A stretch of DNA of 63,399 bases, counting the filler, from Octopus bimaculoides (Eukaryota): assembly GCF_001194135.2 (NCBI RefSeq). It is 5 parts of 5 records of this genome, joined end to end, with 100 filler letters (N's around TTAATTAATTAA, not from the genome) between each part and the next. Parts side by side here need not be neighbours in the genome. Positions count along the whole stretch, not along the records: positions 1 to 14,968 come from NC_068985.1; positions 15,069 to 35,465 come from NC_068996.1; 3 more parts are not named here. One strand, 5' to 3'. The translations under genes and the position numbers were made by a program. This document shows positions 11,371 to 22,139 of the stretch, one piece after another (the first letter of the stretch is position 1; every line of letters starts with the position of its first letter). The notes beneath the pieces were generated by a model. That model worked only from the letters and a program-made list of their open reading frames with translations. It searched no databases and was not told the DNA's origin.

Positions 11371-12365
11371 AGAACAAGAAGGAAAAAGGAAAAAGCCTCC
11401 TCGAGCAAATGAAGTAGGGAGAGTATTTGAAAGGGAGAGGAGAGGCAATGGTTCTATCCCAGATGTTGAGAGGTTGAAGTATGAAGGGGAGATAAGTTCA
11501 GGTATCTTGCTTAAGAAGAGATACAAAGTTACCCTACATTATATAAAGATGAGTGAAATGAATAAATATATAGATTTTTCTGCTCTCTCTCATTTTTACC
11601 TCTCTATCAAAACCAGATTATTTTCTACATCAAGTTATATAATAGTTTCAAATTTTGGCCACCGATTTTAGGGGAGGTTAAGTCGATTGCATTGACCCCA
11701 GTGCTCAATTGATACCTGTTTTTATCAACCCCCAAAGGAAGAAAAGCAAAGTCTATCTTGGCAGCATTTGAACTCAGGACATAAAACTGGCAGAAATGCC
11801 ACTCAACATTTTATCTGACATGTTAACGACTCTGCCATCTTGCTGCCTTTATCAGGTTAAATAAAACTCATTAAATAAATTCTATATTCTATTTTATAAA
11901 CTGAACATTTTTGTTTAGAATTAATTTCATTTCCCCCTATAATAATATAATACATAGTTTGTTAAATACTTTTCAATTTGAATGATAAATCAGTTTCAAA
12001 ATTCTAATTGTTAAGAAAAACAAAATGACTTTTATGAACATTTATTGTTAAATTGTTGGAAATTTTGGTATTCTAAAACAAAAGACAATACTGACAAAGC
12101 CTTTTAATGTAAGCCCGTATATGTAGTTTGAATTTTGTAAATTCATCTGTTACACTCTTCTGTATCAAAACAGAAATCATGTGCAAATTAATCAGTTAAG
12201 GCCGAAATGCATCATACGGTAACATGATTAATTGAATGGAAAAGTGAAGAACAAGAAAGAAAGAGGGAGAGAGAAGTGTCAACTACATGAGGTAGGAGGA
12301 ATGTGATATCTATTACTTGGTTAAAGTGTTAGTTGAAGTGAGTGTTATAGAGAAAGAGAGTTAGA

Positions 12366-12600
12366 AGGCGGCACGCTGGCAGAAATGGTAGCATTGCCGG
12401 GTGAAATGCTTAGAGGTATTTCGCCTGCCGCTACGTTCTGAGTTCAAATTCCGCCGAGGTTGACTTTGCCTTTCATCCTTTCGGGGTCGATTAAATAAGT
12501 ATCAGTTATGCACTGGGGTCGATATAATCGACTTAATCCGTTTGTCTGTCCTTGTTTGTCCCCTCTGTGTGTAGCCCCTTGAGCGCAGTAGAGAAATAAG
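12366..12600 (+). mobile_element. tRNA-derived SINE family B, near full-length young copy, followed by a partial tandem copy to ~12725
   Basis: A box TGGCAGAAATGG (12377-12388), B box GAGTTCAAATTCC (12440-12452), and core gactttgcctttcatcctttcggggtcg. More than 15 copies in the window (e.g. ~1405-1710, 2025-2260, 4400-4570, 11645-11850, 36830-37005, 43405-43610, 48420-48620, 59835-60045). Confidence 0.9.
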
Positions 12601-14741
12601 AAATGTTAGCATGCTGGGTACAATGCTTTGTGGTATTTCGTCTGTCTTTACATTCTGAGTTCAAATTCAGCCGAGGTTGACTTTGCCTTTCATCCTTTCG
12701 GGGTCAATAAATTAAGTACCAGTTGCCAGAAACTGAAACAAGCCTGTTTTATACAAATATAAATCTACGTGTGCATGTCATTGGGTCTGTATTTGTCTCC
12801 CACCACTGCTTGGCAACTAGTGTTGGTGTGTCTATGTCTCAGTAACTTAGTGGTTTGGTAAAAAAGACTGATAGAATAAGTACTAGGCTTAAAGAAAGAA
12901 AGAGTCCTGGGGTCAATTTGTTCAACTAAAACCCTGCAAGGCAGTGCTCCAGCATGGCTGCAGTCAAATGGTTGAAAGAATTAAAAGGTAAAGAATATGG
13001 TTGAATGTTACAACATTGGTGATATGAATATTTTCTGTAATCATTGTGAGGCTCTTAGATTTATAAATGAGACTCTGAGCTGCTGCCAGAATGGGAAAGT
13101 TATGCTGCATCAGCAATAACCTTATTTTATCTCTTTCCACAAAAATATTTGGAACTACAAATGTGCCTTTTCCTCAATAACTTACAGCAGAATGAAACTG
13201 GAAAATCACCCAGATAAATAAATAATCTTGTCAAAAAATTAATCTATATATTACTCCTTTTTTTCTCTTTTTCTCTCCCTGTCTCTCTCATTTTCATCTG
13301 TCTGTCTAGATCGGATAATTTTCTACATTGGATTAAATTTTCAATTAATAAATTCTATATTTTTTTTTATAAACTGAAGATTTTGGTTAGAATTAATTTT
13401 AAACAGTTTAAAATCAATCATGGACAAATGGTGGCCCATAGAACTTTGACAAAAAAATTACCTTGAGTATATTTTAGTAGTGTGACCAATCTGATGATAA
13501 ATCATGTGTCATGTGGCTTGCTTCTGGAAAATGGTTGTTCATGCCTGATTTAGATAGAACATAATTTGAATAATTTTGTTTAAATTGGAACAACAAATTA
13601 GTTTCAAAACTGAAATTACTAATAAAGAAAATGTTTTATAAGCATTTATTGTTAAACTGTTAAAAATTTTGGTGTTAAAACACCAAATTTTTTAACAGTC
13701 TGTAATTCTAAAACAAAAGACTGCTGACAAAACCTGTCTAAAATGTAATATAAACAACCATGTAAACAATACAAAAGAATTTTAACGATTTGTCATACTT
13801 ACACCAATGTTGTCATCTACTGCTAAACAGAAACAGCAATGCTATTATGGTAATTCATTTTGCTGCTCCTGACATCTAGTAGGAGTTTCTCAGAAATAAG
13901 ATGTAATGGTTTGACAAAGCAGCGAGAACAAGCTAATGATGGTACTTGGAAATTTTAAAATTCTTGAACGATTACTTGTCAAAATCTAATAGGTAATATA
14001 TACTATTGAGAAAAAGGAGTGTTGAGTTTGTGAGTTTTGGGGATGTTTTTATAAAGAACTTTAAGCACTCCTCACTACTGAAAAAACCAAATTTTTAATA
14101 AGTCTCTGAAAGGTAAGTCAAAAACTTTACATTTGCCTTGTGCTTCTTTCTTTTACTCTTTGAATAATAAGTAGCTTGAGTTTTTATGTTTAGTATTGAA
14201 GAAGAGATCTGTGCCCATGACCTATGCTGGCTCTTCTTGATTAATGTGACTGATGTGGTTTGATGTTCAGTTTGAGCATTTGTAAAAAGAAGAGAATTTG
14301 AGGGAACTGAAGTATTAGGCATTATGGTTAGTGCTGGTGTATAGGTGGGGAAATGATGAGAAGAGGATAGATAAATGTGTTGAGATGGTATGCAGCCTGT
14401 TAAGCTCAGAGGCTGTTGTAGCAGCCTCAAAAAAGGCAGAGTGATTTGGCCGAACATCTATGGGCTAGAGGTCACTGAATGTTGTTGAGTAAGTTTTCAA
14501 TCTGGAACAACTTTGGAGTCAATGTACCTGCTCCTGTAATTTCAGAAGATATATAAAAGCATGGGAAAGTGCACAGAGAACAAATCTCATTGATTCATTC
14601 TTTTACAATTACAGTGAATTTCTCTATTTAATTGAATAAATCACAAACGTGGGGGCATCGTGCGCCGTGAGTCGGGACCGCCAGGGAGAGCAGAGCCCCG
14701 TCGAGGACAGCGCCGCTTACACCATCGAAGACAAAGATTTT

Positions 14742-14968
14742 CAGTTCAGCGACATTGATGTGGTTGAAGTCGTCTGCTTTCCGTAGCCAGGCTGCATCCT
14801 CCACATCAGCACCTTCGATCTCCAACACAACCCCTATCGCTATACTGCTAGCATCACACCAAACCGTCCCGCACTCCGTCTTGGGCACATACCAGTTTCC
14901 TCTGACCGGGTCTTCCGCTCTCGTTCTCTCCAGGATTTCCTGCATCATCGCCACCGTCGCCTCTCCTA
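14742..14968 (-). mobile_element. LTR-retrotransposon (Ty3/Gypsy-like) pol fragment, RNase H domain
   Basis: VWCDASSIAIGVVLEIEGADVEDAAWLRKADDFNHINVAEL carries the DAS and HINxxEL RNase H motifs. GC content is far above the flanks. Truncated by an assembly linker. Confidence 0.75.
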
Positions 14969-15068
14969 NNNNNNNNNNNNNNNNNNNNNNNNNNNNNNNN
15001 NNNNNNNNNNNNTTAATTAATTAANNNNNNNNNNNNNNNNNNNNNNNNNNNNNNNNNNNNNNNNNNNN
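14969..15068. other. Artificial 100-bp scaffold linker N44-TTAATTAATTAA-N44
   Basis: Identical format at four positions. The 12-mer has stop codons in all six frames. Confidence 0.95.
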
Positions 15069-15258
15069 CATGAGTGTTTTTGTTTCACTTTTGACACGTA
15101 ATACTTAAATAGTGGAGGAGATATTATGTTGCCGTGTGCTCGAACTCTGCAAGAAGTTAATAATTTTTTTTGACTAAAACACAACTGGAACCCTAAGTAA
15201 GGCATGTGTAAAATTTGAATGAAATTGGTTGCGTAGTTCTCGAGTTTTAGGGATTCAC

Positions 15259-15325
<67 letters not shown>

Positions 15326-15351
15326 CACATTCTCATTTTTATATATATAGA
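15069..15351 (-). mobile_element. Helitron-like non-autonomous element carrying a (CTGT)n microsatellite
   Basis: 5' end TCTATATATATAAAAATGAGAATGTGTG, then (TCTG)n, then caaccaatttcattcaaatttt. This layout resembles Lep1/DINE-type microsatellite-bearing rolling-circle elements. Confidence 0.55.
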
Positions 15352-16245
15352 TAACAACAACAACAATAATAATTAAAAAAACAGCTGATACAGTCATGGT
15401 TGGAAGGTCTACTCATTTAGAGTTGATTTTGTTGGATTGGCAAATGACAACAATCAATAATGTAAAACATTATTTTACTAAACCTCCTCCAAATCTATTG
15501 AAAAAAGATAATTCTAAAAAAAGAAGAAAAAGGAAATGATGGAAACTATATTTTCTTGAAATAAGTAAAGAACTGTGCACCTTTAGATATTTTAATTTAA
15601 ATTTACTTTAATTCTAATATCAATTTAGCAAATGTTAACTTTTCAAGAGATCCTCCACAAGAAAAAAAAGAAAGAGAAATTGTTTGCTGGCTGAGGACAG
15701 AAATTTTGTAGGCATCAAGTCAAACAGAGTAGTAACAGACAGCTATTGCAACTATCTCTCCCTCCACAATGTTTTGCAAAATCAAAAGAATGTGGAGGGG
15801 GAAGGGTAAAAGCTAGAAGGAACATGTCTATATCTGCTCATGACTATATAAGCACCTAAACCAATTAGTGAAAGCATGGTGCAAGTTACCAGGTCATGCC
15901 TCTTTGCAAGTGAGGCTTAAGTAATAGCATATATAACTACATACAGGTAGTGAAGGCATGTGACTTACCAGTTAGGGTGTTCAGCTAATGATTGTAAGGT
16001 AGTAAGTTCAATTCCTGGCAATGTGTTGTGTCCTTGAGCAAGATACTTTATTTCACATTGCTCCTGTCCACTCAGCTGGCAAAAATTACTTGTACCTGTA
16101 TTCCAAAGGTGCCGACCTTGTCACACATTGTGTCATGCTGAATCTCTCTGAGACCTATGCTAAAAATACGCATGTTTGCAGAATGATCAACCACTTGCAT
16201 GTTAATTTCACAAACAGCTTCTTCTGTTGAGCTTTAAATACATAC

Positions 16246-16409
16246 AGGAAAATGTATGGCTGTCCAGGTAAAGAAGCTTACTCTGTGACCATGTGGTTTC
16301 AGGTTAAGGCCAAATGCATGGCATCTTGAGCAAGTGTCTTTTACTATACTTCTAGGCTAACCAATGCCTTTTGAGTGAATTTGGAACATGGAAACTGAAA
16401 GAAACCTGT

Positions 16410-16452
<43 letters not shown>

Positions 16453-16652
16453 TTTATTCCCCAACCACTTGACAACCAGAGTTGGTGTGTTTACATCCCT
16501 GTAACTTAGCAGTTCAGCAAAAGACCCCATTGAATAAGTACCAGACTTTAAAAAAGTAAGATAAGTGCCGGGGTTGATTCATTCGACTAAAAATTCTTCA
16601 AATCGGTGCTCCAGCATGGCTGTAGTCTAATGACTGAGACAAATAAAAGAAA
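16246..16652 (+). mobile_element. tRNA-derived SINE family C with internal (GT)n
   Basis: tRNA-like head (tggctgt...ggtttcagg), core cttgagcaagtgtctt and tail tgctccagcatggc. Other copies at ~5201-5402(-), 12750-12995, 35100-35260, 45802-46310, 51884-52130, 52300-52690(-), 58005-58160(-). Confidence 0.85.
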
Positions 16653-17196
16653 AGCTAATGACAGAGTCAACAAGTTGTAAGAAACATATTGCAACTGGTA
16701 TGGTTTGCTGGATACAAAAGCTTAGAATCTGGGCTGGATTAAGCCATCATATCTGCCACCGTATAACAGATATCAGGATGAGCATGCAATGATTAGAATG
16801 ACTATTAAAGCAGACAAGGAGTGTGTGTGTACAAGACAGCAGCTTCATTTACACTGAAGCTGGGCAAGAGTTGAGACAACATTCTGTCCAGACTCTGTGA
16901 ATTGGCACTCAAAACAACAGACACTATTTATAGGCTTATTACTGAGAACAATCTTGAAGGATCTGGAGAAGCAACCACATGAAAATTGGCTGCTGCTTGG
17001 CTGATAACTCAGCCTCACATGTGAAAGAGTCAAGCTGCATGTTGCTTGAAGTCTGTCATGTGGTGACTCGAATTCAAGTCTCTCTACATATACATGTGCA
17101 TGTATATATGTACACATACATATAGAGTAATGTTTTTTGTGTACTTTATTTATTGTTTTTTAAGGTTTATTGGGGACAGATTGGGGCCTTAGCTAC

Positions 17197-17586
17197 GTTG
17201 TTGTTGTTGGCACTCCGTCGCTTACGACGTCAAGGGTTTCAGTTGATCCGATCAATGGAACAGCCTGCTCGTGAAATTAATGTGCAAGTGGCTGAGTACT
17301 CCACAGACACGTGTACCCTTAACGTAGTTCTCGGGGAGATTCAGCGTGACACAGTGTGACAAGGCTGACCCTTTGAATTACAGGCACAACAGAAACAGGA
17401 AGAAAGAGTGAGAGAAAGTTGTGGTGAAAGAGTACAGCAGGGTTCGCCGCCATCTCCTGCTGGAGCCTCGTGGAGCTTTAGGTGTTTTCGATCAATAAAC
17501 ACTCATAACGCCCGGTCTGGTAATCGAAACTGTGATCCTACGACCGTGAGTCCGCTGCCCTAACCACTAGGCCATTGTGCCTCCAC
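17197..17586 (-). mobile_element. Full-length tRNA-derived SINE family D with (CAA)n tail and target-site duplication
   Basis: Head GTGGAGGCACAATGGCCTAGTGGTTAGGGCAGCGGACTC...GGTTTCGATTACC has A and B boxes. TSD ggccttagctac (17185-17196) / ggccctagctac (17589-17600). Confidence 0.9.
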
Positions 17587-17799
17587 CTGGCCCTAGCTAC
17601 AACCAGCATGAATCACAATGTTGTGAATGTTGCAAAATCAAAACTTTGTATACAAAATTCAAGAATTTTAATGTATTTTAGTGTGTTTGCATGACATGCT
17701 CATGCTGTTGAAGGTTTGGGTTGGTTGGTTGGTTGTATTTTGATCTTCTTTGTTATTAGCTTGTAAAAAGGGAGACACTACATCGAGTAGGTACACCTC

Positions 17800-18220
17800 T
17801 AACCCCTTAGCATTCAGATTATTCTGTCAAACATAAAGCTTATTTATTCATGTTGTTTTGAATTAATCCTGCATTATCTCATAGCTTTGAGATTTTGATG
17901 ATGTGACTGATTATTTTTAGAATGTCAGCTGTGGGTAGGTACGGGAGGTTGGATCTGGCCAGTTTAAGCATAAAAAGGTAGAATATTTGGGCCAGATATG
18001 GCCAGTATAACCCTTCAGCATTCAGATTGCTCCGTCAAATGTAATATTTACTTACATTGTTTTCAATTAACTCTGCATTATGTCATAGCTTCAAGATTTC
18101 AAAGATGTGATTGTTCAATTTTAGAATGACATTGTAAAGTAGGTGTGAGAGACTGGATCCGGTCAATTTGAACATAGAATCTTGTAGAAAATTTGGGACA
18201 GCTTAAATGCTAAACAGTTA
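17800..18220. mobile_element. Two tandem copies of a TTAA/CCC-ended (piggyBac-like) MITE
   Basis: Units start taacccc/ttagcattcagatt at 17800 and 18008. They are the inverse of the units at 32794-33552. Confidence 0.65.
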
Positions 18221-18279
18221 CTCTGGGTTTTTAAATGACTTAAGCAAGGTTGATGTAGTTTGGCAGTAGTGCCTGAAGG

Positions 18280-18400
18280 AAGAAGGATATCAGTATGATG
18301 TCATTTGCATACGAGACTATCTATGTTTTGTGGAGGTGTGAGAAAGTCGTGTTGGTATAGGTTGAAAACCATTAGTGAGAGAAAGGATCCTTGTCATGCT
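18280..18400 (-). mobile_element. Non-LTR reverse transcriptase fragment
   Basis: QGSFLSLMVFNLYQHD...(frameshift)...VSYANDIILIS corresponds to the QGSxLSPxLFN and YADD motifs. Confidence 0.65.
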
Positions 18401-18559
18401 TCATTTGGAAAATTGCAGATTCTGTAAGAGTTTCTCCTGTACACTACACAGGCTTAGCATCCTGACAGATAGTTAAGGTGGCGCTGAGTAGTTTTGGCAT
18501 GATTGGTTACCAAGAAATAGAATCAAAAACTTTGCTGATGTCAATGGTGGGTAGAATGG

Positions 18560-18769
18560 TTTGTGTAATTGGTCGGTGATAGGAAGGGCATCCAGCTGTA
18601 AAAATCCTGCAAAAACAGTCACAGAAGTCCAGTGCAGGCTTTGGCCTGGCCGGATCTTGTGAAACCATCCCACCCATGCTAGCATGGAAGGAGGACGCTA
18701 AACGATGATGATGATGACGATGATGATGATGACGATGATGATGATGACGATGATGATGACGATGATGAC

Positions 18770-18821
<52 letters not shown>

Positions 18822-18906
18822 ATGATGATGATAATGGTGATGATGATGATGATGATGATGATGATGGTGATGATGATTATGATGATGATGATGATGATGA
18901 TGATGT
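18560..18906 (+). repeat. Family A tail expanded into a ~200-bp (GAT)n array with periodic GAC interruptions
   Basis: Family A end ggacgctaaac runs directly into (gat)n at 18704-18906. This explains the poly-Met ORF in the track. Confidence 0.9.
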
Positions 18907-20987
18907 TTATGCTGTCAATGTCACCATAGATGACTTAGTAAACTGATTCTTAGAATACTAAACCAACAATTCTGGGGTCAGTATGAACCCTGGGGTCCAT
19001 ATAAGATTCTTAAGGGTCCATGCTAGCAAAATAGTCAATTGGGGATACACAGTAATATTTTAAGGGTCCATGGATGAAATTTGTTTTAGATGTGCTTAGT
19101 GCAAGGAATTGCTAAGTTACTTTTTCTAAGGTTTAACATGATTTTTTGCTACCAAAACCTGTTCTCGCACAGAGTCCTACTCCAAACTTACACAAGAGTG
19201 AATAACAAAATAGGAATTTTGATAGAAATATCCATAAATTAATTTTTAAACTTCAAATGGCTATGGTGGTGGTGGTGGTGGTGGTGGTGGTCCACTAAAG
19301 TGAAATACTAATAGGTCCCTAGGTAAGAAAACGGTTGAGAACCACTGAACTAAACAAAGAATTCTTACCCTAAAGAATTGTTTCCAGTATGGGGACAAAG
19401 CTAGTAATTTTGAGTAGAAGGGTGCTTGTTGATTGCATTGGTTTCAATAATTTGATTGATACATTATTTTATTGACCCTGGAGAGATGAAAGGCAAAGTT
19501 AAGCTTGATGGGATTTGAATCTTACATTAAATAATGACCAAATTTTTATCTACCGAAATCTTTTTGTTACTTACATTTTAAAATGATTTTAATTAAAATT
19601 TAAATCTTAAAAAGGGACAGTTTGATAAAGATGGTTATAGGCAGATTGATAACCAGTGGTGTAGCTAATAGGGAAGCAACTGTTCCACCCCTAAACATCA
19701 ACATCATCATTTAATGTTCATTGTCCATGTTGGTGTGGGCTGGACAGTTTCACTAGGGCTGGTAAGCTGGAAGTCTGCACCAGACTCCAGTCTGATTTGG
19801 CATGGTTTTCTATGACTGGATGCCCTTCCTGATGCCAACCACTCTGAGAGTGTAATGAGTGCTTTTATGTGCCACTGGCATGGGTGCCATTTATGTGACA
19901 CCATTATCTGCCACGACATAATGCCAAAGGTCTCAGTCATTGCCTCCATGAGGCCCAACACTCAAAAGGAACTCAGCCACTTTGTCTCCATGAGACCCAA
20001 TGCTCGAAAAGTGCTCAGTGCCACTAGCATAGGTGTCAGTTACATGAATCCAGCATTAGCCATCACCTCAGAATGGGTTGTTATCAAAAAAAGGTTAAGG
20101 TGTAAATTAGTGCATAAACTAATCACATCTAGTATTCAGGAATGAGATTTTTGAAGGAACTTATTACTGTTGAATCAGAATAAACAATATGTACACAAAA
20201 ATAGGTGCAGTGGAATTGAGAAAGACTTGCAGAGAGATCATTGTGTAGATGCATAAGATACACTGGATATCTACAAATTCTTGACAGATACTGTTACCTA
20301 GGTGATATGAAATAAAAGGTTCTGTTACCTAGGCAACATAATTAGTGATTGCATTACAACTGAGATTAAATGGACTTGTGGAGTATTAAGGAATTGATAC
20401 TCATGTCTGCTGGAAAGGATTTATCTGTCTCTCCTCGAATGTGAAGCAGATTATATATATATATATATATNNNNNNNNNNNNNNNNNNNNNNNNNNNNNN
20501 NNNNNNNNNNNNNNNNNNNNNNNNNNNNNNNNNNNNNNNNNNNNNNNNNNNNNNNNNNNNNNNNNNNNNNNNNNNNNNNNNNNNNNNNNNNNNNNNNNNN
20601 NNNNNNNNNNNNNNNNNNNNNNNNNNNNNNNNNNNNNNNNNNNNNNNNNNNNNNNNNNNNNNNNNNNNNNNNNNNNNNNNNNNNNNNNNNNNNNNNNNNN
20701 NNNNNNNNNNNNNNNNNNNNNNNNNNNNNNNNNNNNNNNNNNNNNNNNNNNNNNNNNNNNNNNNNNNNNNNNNNNNNNNNNNNNNNNNNNNNNNNNNNNN
20801 NNNNNNNNNNNNNNNNNNNNNNNNNNNNNNNNNNNNNNNNNNNNNNNNNNNNNNNNNNNNNNNNNNNNNNNNNNNNNNNNNNNNNNNNNNNNNNNNNNNN
20901 NNNNNNNNNNNNNNNNNNNNNNNNNNNNNNNNNNNNNNNNNNNNNNNNNNNNNNNNNNNNNNNNNNNNNNNNNNNNNNNNNNNNNTT

Positions 20988-21534
20988 ACTACTACCGAGC
21001 ATCAATCTCCACCAGCGTCAACACGACTTACTATGTACACCACACCAAACTACCGCGGCACATCTCTCTCTTCGATTCTGTTAGGTGACTCAGCTTCACC
21101 ACGGTAAATAAACAGACAAGAGTTCTTAAACAGACAAGAAATTCTCAGCCAGCGACGAACATCTGTATAACAAGAATCACGGCCCGGCATCGATGCCACG
21201 ACATCACAACTAGTGATCAGCTCTGCCACACTCAGCCTTTCCTCACTTTCACATACAGAACTTTTCCTATAGTGTACTAACGAACTGGTATAATTGCTCA
21301 CGTGTCATTTACTGACTCTTTCTATCTGCTGTAATAACTCACATTCATACACATGTATCACTCACATACACAATTTTCTTTGTACGACGGCCTGTCTTTG
21401 ATTATGTTCTTATATGTCGCATTCACACTCTCACACAGACATACATCTTTAACGCTACAATAAATATCTCTGTTATTCATCTAATACGGTTGTAGTTTTT
21501 CATTACTGGTCATCTATGTTATCGTAGCATAACA
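20988..21534 (+). mobile_element. Probable solo LTR (5' end lost in gap)
   Basis: CpG-retaining ~550-bp block with AATAAA at ~21459, ending ...cgtagcaTAACA, a typical LTR terminus. Confidence 0.4.
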
Positions 21535-22139
21535 TATCATGTATATCATCTTTGATATATATTTGTATGTTCGACCGTGTGACACGTTTAAATAAAAGGA
21601 GTCCTCTGTTTTTCCATTCATCACCATTGCTCCTTTTTGAGTTCGCACGGTCGTCCCTTACATATATATATATATATATATACTCATATATATTATATGG
21701 CAATGAAATATGTATCTGTTGGGATTGTGAGGTATATATATTTATGTATATATGTATGTATGTAATGTGTGTGTGTGTATGTGTGAGAGAGAATATATAT
21801 GTGTGTATAGGCTTGGAATGTAAAAGTCTTTTTCATTTTTCTCGAGTGTCAAACACTTGCATCGAACACTTTTTCCTGAGCATCATACATTTGCTTGTTG
21901 TTCATATATCTGTCTTTGTATTCTGCTTTTCTATAAATTTCAACTATATATATGTCAGAGGTGGAGTCAACAGTGATGATGGTGGTGGTGGTGGTGGTGG
22001 TAGTAGTGGTGGTAGCAAGGGTGGAAGGAAAGCCAGCGAAGTCAAAGGTATTGATGGTGGTGATGTATGGTCTGTGTATGGCAGTTGTGGGGGAAATGGT
22101 GGTGGTACTGGTGATGGTGATGGTGATGGTTGAAAACAA

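Noticed and set aside
12366-12460. tRNA genes suggested by A/B boxes (also at 17500-17586)
   Set aside because: These are heads of multi-copy SINEs that continue into SINE bodies and do not form complete cloverleaves.
13033-13041. METTL16-type nonamer TACAGAAAA on the minus strand (others at ~234, ~2844, ~42537, ~47712)
   Set aside because: The copies lie outside the MAT transcript or antisense to it, no hairpin context was seen, and the frequency is compatible with chance in AT-rich DNA.
11870-13830. Two diverged copies of an AT-rich block (~11870-12180 and ~13330-13830)
   Set aside because: Most likely old copies of a dispersed non-autonomous element; no ends or coding capacity could be defined.
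14095-14457. 120-aa minus-strand ORF and nearby exon-like signals (acceptor ttacag|GAGCAG near 14530; plus-strand donor AAG|GTAAGT near 14112)
   Set aside because: No recognisable domain, an in-frame stop directly before the ATG, and conflicting splice signals on both strands. It cannot be tied to a gene without RNA data.
15385-15570. 57-codon plus-strand ORF (MVGRSTHLELILLDWQ...) and an overlapping strong minus-strand acceptor
   Set aside because: Short, with no homology recognised and ambiguous strand.
18705-18929. Poly-Met ORF, and the many poly-YI, poly-HT and poly-X ORFs in the track
   Set aside because: These are translations of (GAT)n, (TA)n and (CA)n microsatellites or N gaps.
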